Positions 48,979 to 59,336 of a stretch of 64,000 bases of DNA are shown here, in pieces. Source of the stretch: a virus; IMG/VR virus record IMGVR_UViG_3300047095_001251, positions 6,203 to 70,202 of that record, one strand, 5' to 3'. The translations under genes were made by a program, and so were the position numbers. The notes beneath the pieces are model-generated. The model searched no databases and had not been told where the DNA came from. It saw nothing but the letters and a program-made list of their open reading frames with translations. The number at the start of each line of letters is the position of its first letter. The first letter of the stretch is position 1.

Positions 48979-51900
48979 ATGGCAATTCCTGCAGTTTATG
49001 TTACTATTGAAGATGCTAGTTTTGCTCTTCCTTCAACTAATACTGGTAGATCCGTTTATTTAGCGATTCTTGCTGATAGGGGTCCTCACAATAAAGTTGT
49101 TGAAGTAAATAGTATAAGTCAAGCAAGAAGATTATTTGGAAAACCCAATTATCAAAGAACTGGGCAAGGTCATTATCTAATGGAGAAAGCCTTACAGTAT
49201 ACCCAAAGAGTATATGTCGTTCGTCCAGTTTTATTAGAATCACCAACTGAGTCGAATAATGCTGCAATAGCAAATGCATCGATCAGATATAATGGTCCTA
49301 ATGATAGCACATCGCCCGTTAATGGTATTAAATTATTTTTTACTTCTAAAGCTGACATTCAAAATGATTCCGCCGCTCAAAGAGTATATGCTTTAGATTC
49401 AAATGTGGAAGAATATTTTTCAATCGGCGATTTAATCTGTAACGAGTCTGATAAAAATGTCGCTAGTACGAAAGCTAAAGAAGTTACAGCTATTTTAACA
49501 GATACTTATTTAAGTAAAAAGTACCTATTATTAGATTCTCCTTACGAAGGAACTTCTTCGAAGAATTCAAATAATAACTTAATCTATACCGGCACATTTA
49601 CTCCAATTGATTCTAATATGAATCATAAGTTTAAATTTACTAATGGTCAAACTAAAGTAATCTGTAATCAAAGTGCATTTGATGCTAGTTTAAATTTAGT
49701 TGATTCTTTTATTGTTTCATCCTTACAAAATTCAAATAAAGAAAGATCATCAACTAAAGTTTTAACAAACATTATTAAAACAAATGCAACTAAAAATAAA
49801 TACACTCTACAAATTAATTCTGTAAATTTAGATGATAATGTTATTAAATTAACGTCTCAATCTGGAGAAGATTTTTATATTATTTTTGATATTGATGCAG
49901 GAGGAATCACCGGGGTAACAATTCCCCCAGGAGCAAAATTAGTTAGTATTAATGGGTTTGACCCAATTAATGATACTGCAAATGATATTATCTCATATAT
50001 TATCGCATCTACTACAACTGATTTTAATACAGCATTTTTAACTACTCAGATCACTCAAGATACTGTAGAATTTGAATGTAATATTGCAGGGGTCGTACCC
50101 GGTAATAATCGGATTTCGGTATTAGGTGTTAACGCTTCTTCAAATTTCAATACCTCCACAGTAGAAGGTACTAATGATGAGTATTCATTAACTTTAACGG
50201 AAGGGTATAAAGGGAATACTACATCAACACTAGAAGTCGCAGATATTTTTTCAGTTATTCCTTCTGGTCAAAATGCAAATACTGTAATTAGATCAACTAC
50301 TGGATTAGAATTTAAAGCGGTAAAATATTTTCAAGCTCCTGAATTTATCTCAAATTCTCAATACTCATTTATTAATAATAGTTCAACAGTTACATGTATC
50401 GACCAAGTCGCATTTAACAGTGTTAATGAAGGTGATTGGATCTATACTGGAAACGATTATTCTGAAGCTAGACAAGTTATTGATAAAATTTCTTCTACTG
50501 TTAATAATGTTACTACTTATAATTTAATTCTAAATGCACCTTACTCTGGAATTTCTTCACCGATTAACGGGGAAAGTGTAAAAAAATATATTCCAATTGA
50601 AATAGTTAGTCAGGCTAACTCAAGATATTCTACTAATTTTCAATCCGAGAATAACAATATTTGGACTTTCTATGCAGTAGGTGCCGGAAAGTTTTATAAT
50701 AAATTATATTTGGTTGGTAGAAGAAATACTACTTTAGAAAAAATGTATGTTGATGGGAATGGAGTTGTTAAGTTTAAATATTTATTTATGGACTTATCAC
50801 TTTACCAAGAAAATGACGACGGGACAGCTACTTTATTAGAAGGTCCTTGGTCAGTATCTTTAGTTAAAGAAGTTCCATCTAATTCATCAAGTAGTGGGGA
50901 AAAACAGATTGTTAGAGATATATATTCTGGAAAAGAAATGTATATCGAAACAATTATTAATGATAAAAGTGAATTTATTAGATGTATCGAATCTGATGGA
51001 ATTTCAAGTCTATTAGATGAAGAAAATGGTGAAAGTTTGAGATTACAAGTTCAATCTATTTTCTCATCTGGTAAAGTATCTGGGACAAGTGTTATTGGTT
51101 CAGATGGATTTAAATTGCAAAGAGGAGAAGACGGAATCCAATTTAATGATCAAGGCAGGCTCAATATAGACGCTGTTTCAGGCGGTTCTGAGGAATCACC
51201 AGCAGAGATAGGGGGATTGCTTAAACAAGCCTACAATGGCACTCTAGATAGCGAGGATGGCTCAATTGAATTGATTGTACAAACTATCTATCCTAGATAT
51301 CAATTTGATTATGTTGTTTGTGGAGGATATCCTAACTATGTTCAAAGTTCCGCTAGACAATTAGCAGATCAACGTAGTGATTGTATGTGTTTAGCAGACA
51401 CTGGGAATAATTCAAAAGCAGATGACGATATAGCTTATCGTGATTCGTTAGGGTGGAATACATTTAACGCTATGTTATATTCTCAATTTAGAAAACGGTT
51501 TGATGAATTCACCGGATCGAGTAAATTCCAATTTACCCCTGTTTATCATGCTTTGGAAAATCATTTATTTATTGATGATAAATATTGGATTGCAGAACCA
51601 GTTGCAGGTATTTTAAAGGGTGCAATTCAAGAGCCTATTGAGTTAAGTTACTCCCCATCGATCATCAAGATGGAAGATTTAATGGATAAAGAAATAAATG
51701 TAACTATTTCAGAACCAGATGGAAAATACTTCCTTACTCAATTTACTGCATATAAACAACTTTCTGTATTAAAACGCGCACATGCTGTTAAATTTGTTCA
51801 TTATGTTAAAAAAGAAATTCCCAAATTATTAAAAGATATTTTGCAGCAAAAAGGAACTTCATATTGGACGAATATGGTTAATTCTAGAATTAATGGGTTC

Positions 51901-52059
51901 TTACGTAAATTCCAAGGAGATACGGGCAGATTTGCTGCTATTTCTAGTTTTTCAGTAGCTTCTAAATTCGATGAAGATAGATCGGAAATTGATGTGGTCA
52001 TTAGTTTACGACCTATTCGTGCAATCGAATCTATTAATGTTCGTATTGTTGTAAGTTAA
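48979..52059 (+). CDS. tail sheath protein
   Basis: PAVYVTIED, DRGP..FGKP, WIAEPVAG..G, C-terminal LRPIRAIESINVRI. Confidence 0.92.
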   Translation: MAIPAVYVTIEDASFALPSTNTGRSVYLAILADRGPHNKVVEVNSISQARRLFGKPNYQRTGQGHYLMEKALQYTQRVYVVRPVLLESPTESNNAAIANASIRYNGPNDSTSPVNGIKLFFTSKADIQNDSAAQRVYALDSNVEEYFSIGDLICNESDKNVASTKAKEVTAILTDTYLSKKYLLLDSPYEGTSSKNSNNNLIYTGTFTPIDSNMNHKFKFTNGQTKVICNQSAFDASLNLVDSFIVSSLQNSNKERSSTKVLTNIIKTNATKNKYTLQINSVNLDDNVIKLTSQSGEDFYIIFDIDAGGITGVTIPPGAKLVSINGFDPINDTANDIISYIIASTTTDFNTAFLTTQITQDTVEFECNIAGVVPGNNRISVLGVNASSNFNTSTVEGTNDEYSLTLTEGYKGNTTSTLEVADIFSVIPSGQNANTVIRSTTGLEFKAVKYFQAPEFISNSQYSFINNSSTVTCIDQVAFNSVNEGDWIYTGNDYSEARQVIDKISSTVNNVTTYNLILNAPYSGISSPINGESVKKYIPIEIVSQANSRYSTNFQSENNNIWTFYAVGAGKFYNKLYLVGRRNTTLEKMYVDGNGVVKFKYLFMDLSLYQENDDGTATLLEGPWSVSLVKEVPSNSSSSGEKQIVRDIYSGKEMYIETIINDKSEFIRCIESDGISSLLDEENGESLRLQVQSIFSSGKVSGTSVIGSDGFKLQRGEDGIQFNDQGRLNIDAVSGGSEESPAEIGGLLKQAYNGTLDSEDGSIELIVQTIYPRYQFDYVVCGGYPNYVQSSARQLADQRSDCMCLADTGNNSKADDDIAYRDSLGWNTFNAMLYSQFRKRFDEFTGSSKFQFTPVYHALENHLFIDDKYWIAEPVAGILKGAIQEPIELSYSPSIIKMEDLMDKEINVTISEPDGKYFLTQFTAYKQLSVLKRAHAVKFVHYVKKEIPKLLKDILQQKGTSYWTNMVNSRINGFLRKFQGDTGRFAAISSFSVASKFDEDRSEIDVVISLRPIRAIESINVRIVVS

Positions 52060-52076
52060 GGAGGGAAATATATATA

Positions 52077-52877
52077 ATGGATGTTATGAGTTTGTCATTG
52101 GCAGATTTTGTAAATACACTTGTTACTTTTAATACTGATATGCCACACAAGTTTAATAGATTTAGCGGAGGGTTTAATAGAATAGCCCATCCATTTGTTA
52201 GTGGATATTGGTACTTTTTAATTTTTGTCCCGGCTGCAATTTTTGAGGGAGGAGAACATTTAGTTAGTAGTTGGTTTCATTCGACTGCTGAATCGTTTAC
52301 ACCTCCTACGAAGTCCCTTAATAAATTCGATGTACCTGGAATGGGGGGAGTGGCTAGTAGTTTTATTGCGGGGCAAGAAATATCGAGAGAATTTTCTGTA
52401 GCATTTAGAGAATATCAAACATTGCCTATATCTACAGCACTAAGAACTTGGATTTCTGTAATTGATCCACATTTAGGCAGATCTCCTTTGAAACATTTTG
52501 CCCCTTATGAGTACAAGGGAGCAGCCATGGCGATTTTAGCAAACCCGACGTTTACTTTAGATGGTAACAAGCCATCTTTATCCAAGGACGATATTGATCA
52601 AGTTTATTATTTCGATGGGGTATTCCCATTGTCAAGTGGAGAAGATGCATTTGGATCAGATATCTCTACAAATGATGGGATTCAATTGAATGTATCGTTT
52701 ACTTTCGATGGAGGGTATTATACAAAAGAGACAACTGGATTAGTTGATAAAGCTATACGACTGCTAGATGATGTTTGGAATCCTGTGGGTGACTCTTTAA
52801 GTTCCGGGATCAACGATATGAGTTTATTATCTTTTGGACCGACTGTTGCAACTAAACCTATTGGCGGTAACGGGTAA
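52077..52877 (+). CDS. tail tube protein
   Basis: Directly after sheath; FSVAFRE, YYFDGVFP, LNVSFTFD. Confidence 0.8.
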   Translation: MDVMSLSLADFVNTLVTFNTDMPHKFNRFSGGFNRIAHPFVSGYWYFLIFVPAAIFEGGEHLVSSWFHSTAESFTPPTKSLNKFDVPGMGGVASSFIAGQEISREFSVAFREYQTLPISTALRTWISVIDPHLGRSPLKHFAPYEYKGAAMAILANPTFTLDGNKPSLSKDDIDQVYYFDGVFPLSSGEDAFGSDISTNDGIQLNVSFTFDGGYYTKETTGLVDKAIRLLDDVWNPVGDSLSSGINDMSLLSFGPTVATKPIGGNG

Positions 52878-52896
52878 CAAAAAATATTAATTATAA

Positions 52897-52921
52897 AAGA
52901 GACCGAAAGGTCTCTTTTTTT
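52897..52921. terminator. bidirectional terminator ending the structural operon
   Basis: AAGAGACC-GAAA-GGTCTCTTTTTT. Confidence 0.8.
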
Positions 52922-52949
52922 ACGATTTTATTATATTTAAATAAAAAAA

Positions 52950-53330
52950 TTATATATTTTCCAATATTAATTTCTCTAATTCAATATTTAATTCATCAAT
53001 ATCAATATTTAGATAACATAATATATTATTTCCACATTTTCGATATCGATTTTCATTAATACGTATACATGTATGGAGTTTTTCATAAAAAGATACATCA
53101 AATTGTAACGAATATTTGTTATCATCAGTAATATTCATAAAAAATGAGACACTATTTTTAATTTGATGATTAATGAAACAATTATTTTGCTCATTTTCTC
53201 CGATTATTCTGATTTTATGTTTCCAAAGAATAATTATCTGAAAATTTTTTAATCTAATATTTTGTGGATATTTTTTATATCCTATATTAAACAACTTGTT
53301 AATAGTATTTTCCAAGTTAACCTCATACAC
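52950..53330 (-). CDS. C-terminal-tag family protein 1
   Basis: Ends IDELNIELEKLILENI. Confidence 0.7.
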   Translation of the reverse strand: MYEVNLENTINKLFNIGYKKYPQNIRLKNFQIIILWKHKIRIIGENEQNNCFINHQIKNSVSFFMNITDDNKYSLQFDVSFYEKLHTCIRINENRYRKCGNNILCYLNIDIDELNIELEKLILENI

Positions 53331-53353
53331 ACCAATTTTAATTTAAAAAATAA

Positions 53354-53686
53354 TTAAATACTACTTAATATTAATTTCTCTAATTCAATATTTAATTCAT
53401 CAATATCTTCTGAATTCAAAAGCGATTCGATGACTAAATTATAGTCTAGTTTCGATGAGAATTCCAACCCATTTGAAAATTCTATTATTATATCTCTATC
53501 ATAATTAATCGCATAGATTTTATTTTTTTTAAGAATTGTTTGGAATGATTTTTTTATAAATATCTCTGGATAATAATATAAATTAAATTTTATTTTATAA
53601 TGAATTAAGTCGAAATCTATTGAAAAACACTCGTTTAATTTATATATATCTTTAAGTTTTTTACACGTATCTTCGATTATATTCAT
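53354..53686 (-). CDS. C-terminal-tag family protein 2
   Basis: Ends IDELNIELEKLILSSI; 41 bp identical to protein 1 (52963-53003 vs 53367-53407). Confidence 0.7.
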   Translation of the reverse strand: MNIIEDTCKKLKDIYKLNECFSIDFDLIHYKIKFNLYYYPEIFIKKSFQTILKKNKIYAINYDRDIIIEFSNGLEFSSKLDYNLVIESLLNSEDIDELNIELEKLILSSI

Positions 53687-53705
53687 AATAAATTATTCCT
53701 ATTAT

Positions 53706-54083
53706 TTAAATATTCTTTAATATTAGCTCTTCTAATCTTTCATTTAATTTTTCGAATATATTATTATTATAAAATCTATAATTAAGATTTATTAATTCTT
53801 CATTATTGATTTGTTGAATATTATCATCTTTTATATTATATAAATCGACGGTAAAGCCATCTTTTTTTTTATAAATGTGACGTATTTCCATTCCAAACGA
53901 ATGCATTATATACAACTTATTCCCAAATGATACTTGTATGGAGCAGTATTTACTGTGATCGAAGTATTCGAAGCGTATTTTAAAATAATGATATTTAAAA
54001 ACAAAAGACTTAATTTTTATTTTTTCTAATATTAAGAATGTATTACAAAGTTTATTTAAATTATCAATTATACCAGTATTCAT
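53706..54083 (-). CDS. C-terminal-tag family protein 3
   Basis: Ends FEKLNERLEELILKNI. Confidence 0.7.
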   Translation of the reverse strand: MNTGIIDNLNKLCNTFLILEKIKIKSFVFKYHYFKIRFEYFDHSKYCSIQVSFGNKLYIMHSFGMEIRHIYKKKDGFTVDLYNIKDDNIQQINNEELINLNYRFYNNNIFEKLNERLEELILKNI

Positions 54084-54406
54084 TAAATGGTATCCAGTAT
54101 CTTGAATTCTAATTCATTATTTAATCTATCTATCTCATTTTCTAATTTTAATAGATATAATTTATTATTTATTTTATTTAAAAATGATTTATTACTTACT
54201 AACTTGAGTTTTAAAAGTTCTAACGAATTATACTCTATATATTCTTTATTTAGGTATATTATTGGATTTTGATATTTATTTTTTTTAATATATAAATTAC
54301 TAGAAAATTTTAAATAGTAATAATTCATATTTAATTTTCTAATTAATTTAAATAATTCAATTATACCAATAGTGAAATCTATTTTTAATTGAGAGATTTT
54401 ATCCAT
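54083..54406 (-). CDS. C-terminal-tag family protein 4
   Basis: Ends IDRLNNELEFKILDTI; promoter motif 54440-54459. Confidence 0.7.
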   Translation of the reverse strand: MDKISQLKIDFTIGIIELFKLIRKLNMNYYYLKFSSNLYIKKNKYQNPIIYLNKEYIEYNSLELLKLKLVSNKSFLNKINNKLYLLKLENEIDRLNNELEFKILDTI

Positions 54407-54501
54407 TTTCCTCTATTTAATATTTAAGTTAAACTGATATATATAATATCTTTATGAAATAAATTAAAAATTAATTTCGCCGATCAAGAAGATAAATAAA
54501 A

Positions 54502-54843
54502 TCAAATATTTTCTAATATTAGTTCTTCTAATTTAATTTCTATTTCTTCTATATTTATAAAACTCGCAATTTTCACAAAGTAATCGAAATCTAATATTGT
54601 TATATTTAATTTATTTGTTTTTAAAATTAGTTTAGTAATTTTATCTAATTTGTATTCTTGAACTTTGTAATCATATTTAAAATCCAACTGGAACTCAACT
54701 ACATTAGATTGTCTAATAAATATTTTTGGATCAGTAAGTAATAATATAGTCAAAATATAATTTTCAAAAACAAACGACTTTTCTAAAAAAAAGCATTGAT
54801 CATAAGTGAAATTTAATATTTTTTCTAATTCTTTAATTAACAT
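54502..54843 (-). CDS. C-terminal-tag family protein 5
   Basis: Ends IEEIEIKLEELILENI. Confidence 0.7.
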   Translation of the reverse strand: MLIKELEKILNFTYDQCFFLEKSFVFENYILTILLLTDPKIFIRQSNVVEFQLDFKYDYKVQEYKLDKITKLILKTNKLNITILDFDYFVKIASFINIEEIEIKLEELILENI

Positions 54844-54853
54844 TTAAAAAATC

Positions 54854-55159
54854 CTATATATATAATAAAGTAAATTCTTCTATTATTATATTTAATTCGT
54901 CTATATTTAACATATTAATATATGATAGATAACCTAGATTTTGATATTCACCAAAAATAACTTTATATTTGTCTTCATATTTAATACATTTAACAAAAAT
55001 CGATACTATTATATTTTTTTCAAATTCTAAAAAAAAAGCATTTACGTCGGAATAAAAAGTAATTTTACAATTAGATACTTTGAAAATTAATGATTCTTTG
55101 AGTTTAGTTTTATTTAAAATTTTAAATAATATAATAAATTTATCAGTTATCTCATTCAT
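54854..55159 (-). CDS. C-terminal-tag family protein 6
   Basis: Ends IDELNIIIEEFTLLYI. Confidence 0.7.
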   Translation of the reverse strand: MNEITDKFIILFKILNKTKLKESLIFKVSNCKITFYSDVNAFFLEFEKNIIVSIFVKCIKYEDKYKVIFGEYQNLGYLSYINMLNIDELNIIIEEFTLLYI

Positions 55160-55190
55160 ATTTTTGATCGGCGAAATTTAAAAAAATTGA

Positions 55191-55562
55191 TTAAATGTTA
55201 GCTAATGTCAACTCTTCTAATTTAATATTTAATTCATCAATATCCATATTTAGCCAATGGAATGAACATTCACGCCCTCCTAAAAATGTTCTACGTACAT
55301 GTAGTCCTACATTCCAGTCATTATTAATATAATGGACGAATACTACTTCTATAATTAATGTTTTTTTATCTATCGTCTTAACCTGACGACGTATTGAAAG
55401 AAAATCATTAATTAACGTATTATTTTCATCATCAGTTCCTATAATATGTAACGTATTTTCATGAATTCTATCTGTGTTGGGTTTAATTATTTTAAATTTA
55501 TTTATAAAGATTGGGTGATCGAATTCCAATAATTTAAATATGCGATGTAATAAACTAATCAA
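55191..55562 (-). CDS. C-terminal-tag family protein 7
   Basis: Ends IDELNIKLEELTLANI. Confidence 0.7.
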   Translation of the reverse strand: MISLLHRIFKLLEFDHPIFINKFKIIKPNTDRIHENTLHIIGTDDENNTLINDFLSIRRQVKTIDKKTLIIEVVFVHYINNDWNVGLHVRRTFLGGRECSFHWLNMDIDELNIKLEELTLANI

Positions 55563-55576
55563 ATATAAATCCTTAT

Positions 55577-55831
55577 TTAAATTTTAAAAAAATCTTGTCT
55601 AAATTTTTTCATAAAGACGATAACATCATTTAAATTTTCAAATTCTTTATTAATTTCAGTATAATCATATTTAGAAACCGCAGAATATGCAATATACATA
55701 TATTCATTGATATGTCCAAGTTTATCTATTTTAAACGAGTATTCCCACGGGACATATTCAATATAAAATAATTCAAATGAATCAACATAAAATCCCTTCA
55801 ATTCTTCAGAAACTGCTAATAATTTAAACAC
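55577..55831 (-). CDS. hypothetical protein
   Basis: 84-aa ORF with AAGGGG RBS. Confidence 0.55.
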   Translation of the reverse strand: MFKLLAVSEELKGFYVDSFELFYIEYVPWEYSFKIDKLGHINEYMYIAYSAVSKYDYTEINKEFENLNDVIVFMKKFRQDFFKI

Positions 55832-55997
55832 TAATTTCCCCTTATTATATTACTTCAATTAAACTAATAAAATTCTTTATATCAATTTAATATATTGATA
55901 GTATTTATTAATATCTATATCAAATTAAATAAAAACAAATTTTTAAATTCCGCCGCTCAAGATATGAAATAAAAAATAATATATCTAAACTACTTTT

Positions 55998-56417
55998 TCA
56001 AATATTGATTAGGATATATTCCTCATAATATGTGTTTATTTTATTTATTAATTCGATATTGTTATTAACTAATATTTCATCAAGTTCAATAATTAGACCT
56101 TCAGATTGTTCTAATATATTTGCACTCATCAGTCTTCTCAAATAATAATCTTCAATATTAAAGTAAATCTCATCATAGCAAAACCGTATTCTATTAATTT
56201 GAATTCTATTATAATTTAATGAATCGTGTAGATGGCATTTATTATAATGTGTTGCCGCAAAAGCTTTAAGTTTATCTAAAATCTCATCATCCAATATATT
56301 AATTAATACTCTGTTCCTAATTAATTTAAAAGATATTTTATTCTTTAAAGAAAATGTTTTCTGTTTTTTATTTGGAAAATTATTAGATAAAAAAAATAAC
56401 GTTGTTAATGCATTCAT
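55998..56417 (-). CDS. C-terminal-tag family protein 8
   Basis: Ends INKINTYYEEYILINI. Confidence 0.65.
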   Translation of the reverse strand: MNALTTLFFLSNNFPNKKQKTFSLKNKISFKLIRNRVLINILDDEILDKLKAFAATHYNKCHLHDSLNYNRIQINRIRFCYDEIYFNIEDYYLRRLMSANILEQSEGLIIELDEILVNNNIELINKINTYYEEYILINI

Positions 56418-56422
56418 CTATA

Positions 56423-56923
56423 TTATTTTCGAATATTTAAATAATTAGACCAAGAACCCCCGTTAATCATAAAATTCAATGCGGTCTGCAAACAAGAAAA
56501 TTCAGATTTAGAAAATGTGAACATAAATTTCTCTCCATTTGTACTCATCGTTTTAATAATAAATCTATCATCCTCTTTACTGAATAACGTAATGTTTGGA
56601 GTCCATGGATTCTCTGCTCCAATAATTCTTTCTAAATTATAAAAATCAACTTGATTATTTAATATCTTAAAAGCGGTTTCACTAAATATGTTAATAGATG
56701 TTAAAAATCGCATTTTGTCTTTATTAATTGACGATTTTGTAATACTATCAGATTGAATTTCAAAAAATCCAATTCTTAAATTATTAAAATCTGCATTATA
56801 CCCTATAGTCAAAACCCCTACTTCCTTTGGATCACTATTTAATTCTTCTTTATCATATAGTTTTTGATTAATTAACCAATACATGTCTACAATATTATGC
56901 TTAGTTCTTTGAGTCTCTTCCAA
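56423..56923 (-). CDS. hypothetical protein
   Basis: 166-aa ORF with AAGGA RBS. Confidence 0.6.
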   Translation of the reverse strand: MEETQRTKHNIVDMYWLINQKLYDKEELNSDPKEVGVLTIGYNADFNNLRIGFFEIQSDSITKSSINKDKMRFLTSINIFSETAFKILNNQVDFYNLERIIGAENPWTPNITLFSKEDDRFIIKTMSTNGEKFMFTFSKSEFSCLQTALNFMINGGSWSNYLNIRK

Positions 56924-57024
56924 TTTAATTAATCCTTTATATTAATTAATGTTAATTTCTCTTTTAATTCGAGAAATTCTATTATAGTTCTTGTGATTGG
57001 ATATTTTGTGAATAATTATAGGAT

Positions 57025-58023
57025 CTATTTCCAACATTGAGGGTCAGATTTAAATGAATCTCCATGAATCCCAAACGATACAGCAGGGCATCCTCTACAA
57101 CTATTTACAATTTCACAATTTTTACACTTTTCATAATTATTAAAATTTCTTAATTTTTTCATTAAGTCGGAATTAACATAGATATCATAAAAACTCATAC
57201 TAGGGTGTTTTCCTATGGGAATTAATAATCTCCTACATGCATAAACTGAACCGTCACTCATTTTAGAAAGAAGACTAATCCCTGCCTGACATCCCCCTGA
57301 TACTTTGTCTGCAATATTATTTGCTAATAATGAAAATAATGGGTCTTTTAATAACAATTTAACTTTAGAATTTTTGGACATTTCTAATAATTCTGTTAAT
57401 ATACGTTTATACTCTGCAGTTTCTATATTTGTATCTACATTTATGAAATTTGTTTTCACTATTCTAGAAATTGCAAATCCGAATAAATCAGTATTCTCTG
57501 TTAGATATTTGTATAATGGTACTATTTGATCAATATTCTCATTTGAAACATTACATAAAACAACCGTTTTAATATTATTCAGATTTAATAAATTTACCAT
57601 GTTACAAGAATGTTCAAATAACCCAAGACTTTCTCTAACAAGATCGTGATAACTTCTTAACCCATCCAATGTGATCTGAAATGACTTTAATCCATTATTA
57701 TAAAGGTTCTTAATCAATTCGATATTTAAGTGATCTGGATTTCCAAGTATCCCAACTTTTATAAATTTTGATGAGGCATACCCAACTGCTTCTATTAAAT
57801 CTGGATGAAGAATCGGATCTCCACCAGTAAAATGAATAACTGGTGAAAATATAATATTTGATAAACTATTTAACTTATTTAAAAATTCAATAAAGTTATC
57901 GATTGTATTTTTAATGTCTACCATCTTAGAGTGATTATTTGGGTGATCTTCTCCAAGATAACAATGAGGGCATTGTTGTGTACATGCTTCTGTGATATGA
58001 TATTGTAAAGTGAAATCAATCAT
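57025..58023 (-). CDS. radical SAM/SPASM peptide maturase
   Basis: HITEACTQQCPHCY (CxxxCxxC), FTGGDP, SPASM CQAG...DGSVYACR...CKNC...CRGCPA...DPQCWK. Confidence 0.92.
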   Translation of the reverse strand: MIDFTLQYHITEACTQQCPHCYLGEDHPNNHSKMVDIKNTIDNFIEFLNKLNSLSNIIFSPVIHFTGGDPILHPDLIEAVGYASSKFIKVGILGNPDHLNIELIKNLYNNGLKSFQITLDGLRSYHDLVRESLGLFEHSCNMVNLLNLNNIKTVVLCNVSNENIDQIVPLYKYLTENTDLFGFAISRIVKTNFINVDTNIETAEYKRILTELLEMSKNSKVKLLLKDPLFSLLANNIADKVSGGCQAGISLLSKMSDGSVYACRRLLIPIGKHPSMSFYDIYVNSDLMKKLRNFNNYEKCKNCEIVNSCRGCPAVSFGIHGDSFKSDPQCWK

Positions 58024-58033
58024 AGTGAATTAC

Positions 58034-58135
58034 TTATCCGCACCCATTACAACCGCTACAATATGGATTCTCTTCTTTAGAATCCCCGATTAGATTATTT
58101 AAAAAACCAATTAATACAATTTCGTCGTTTGTCAT
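58034..58135 (-). CDS. putative RiPP precursor peptide, 33 aa (not in ORF track)
   Basis: AGAGG RBS; MTNDEIVLIGFLNNLIGDSKEENPYCSGCNGCG*; stop is 10 nt before the rSAM start; promoter motif 58233-58252. Confidence 0.8.
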   Translation of the reverse strand: MTNDEIVLIGFLNNLIGDSKEENPYCSGCNGCG

Positions 58136-58336
58136 TTTTAATTTTCCTCTAATGATTAAGTTGGGTTTGAAATTAATTCTTTTATACTTTTTTCTATTTT
58201 AAATATTTCCATTGGTAGTAGTTATTAGGTATTACATAATATCTTTATGAAATTTTTTAAAAATAAAATTCGGAAAAAATGCCCTTATCAGAGAGAGATT
58301 AGTCTCTTTGATAAGGGCTTATTTTTTTACAATTTT

Positions 58337-58576
58337 TTAATTTACTTCTTGTTGAGTGAATGCGAGTTCTTCTTCAATTTTTTCAAGTTTGGAAGAAATC
58401 TCATTAATTGAATTAATAACGATATCTTGGTCATCATTTAAATTAATTGATTCATTAATAACTTTGCCCAATTCATCAATTTTGGTATTTAATTTATCAA
58501 TTTCTTTTCTGATTGATAAGATATAAAAAAGATTTTCGAAAAAGAATTCCAAATTTTTAAAGAATGTTTCGAACAT
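58337..58576 (-). CDS. small coiled-coil protein
   Basis: AGGAG RBS; terminator hairpin 58282-58319. Confidence 0.6.
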   Translation of the reverse strand: MFETFFKNLEFFFENLFYILSIRKEIDKLNTKIDELGKVINESINLNDDQDIVINSINEISSKLEKIEEELAFTQQEVN

Positions 58577-58596
58577 TTTAATCTCCTATTATGAGG

Positions 58597-58959
58597 TTAG
58601 ATTATTTTAAGGATATACTCTTCATATGATTGTTTGATTAGATCTAGTTTATTATCTAGATCCAATATTTCATTTAAGAATTTAATATTAATATCTGTGA
58701 ATATTATCGTATGGATATCTGACTGAATCATAAAATATAACTGCCCTGTCTTCATTAATCTTACATTAAAAGTTAGTTCTTGTAATTTATAATTTTTAAA
58801 ATTAATAAAATCCAATTTGTTAATAATTAAGTTCTTGGAATTATAATTTAATAATTTTAATTCTACAAGGCTACAATCTTTTCGTTGTATAATTACATAA
58901 TCAGGAATAGTTAATTTTTTAATTTTAAAAAAGAAATTTAAATCTTGAAGATAAATCAT
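58597..58959 (-). CDS. C-terminal-tag family protein 9 (divergent)
   Basis: Ends LDLIKQSYEEYILKII. Confidence 0.6.
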   Translation of the reverse strand: MIYLQDLNFFFKIKKLTIPDYVIIQRKDCSLVELKLLNYNSKNLIINKLDFINFKNYKLQELTFNVRLMKTGQLYFMIQSDIHTIIFTDINIKFLNEILDLDNKLDLIKQSYEEYILKII

Positions 58960-58978
58960 AAAATATTTTCTCTTAGAG

Positions 58979-59281
58979 TTACTCCATAATCAAGGTTTCT
59001 TCTTGTGATTTTTGAATAGGTGTTCTTGGTTTGGTTGATCTGTTCCAAGTTTTTAATACTTTAATTTCATCTTCTAATAATTTAATTCTATCTCTTAATT
59101 GATCTATATCTTGTTTTTGTGAAGTTACTAATGATAATTTTGGTAAAATGTCTTTAAATACTTTTTCAACGTTATCAAATTTGATATTTATATTTTCAAA
59201 TGATTCTACTATTTGTCCGATTAGAATAGGTAATGACTTTTTATTTTTAGCGGCGAGATTTGCTAATTCACTTAATTTCAT
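58979..59281 (-). CDS. small coiled-coil protein
   Basis: 100-aa ORF behind promoter motif 59305-59320. Confidence 0.55.
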   Translation of the reverse strand: MKLSELANLAAKNKKSLPILIGQIVESFENINIKFDNVEKVFKDILPKLSLVTSQKQDIDQLRDRIKLLEDEIKVLKTWNRSTKPRTPIQKSQEETLIME

Positions 59282-59336
59282 TTATTTTTCCTTTGTGAAT
59301 GTTGTTATATCTTTATGAAATTTTCTAAAAAAATAA

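Noticed and set aside
4106-57529. Short antisense or overlapping ORFs in the track (e.g. 4106, 15768, 19025, 26756, 28221, 44096, 49037, 51801, 57305)
   Set aside because: They shadow well-supported genes and lack RBSs or recognisable motifs
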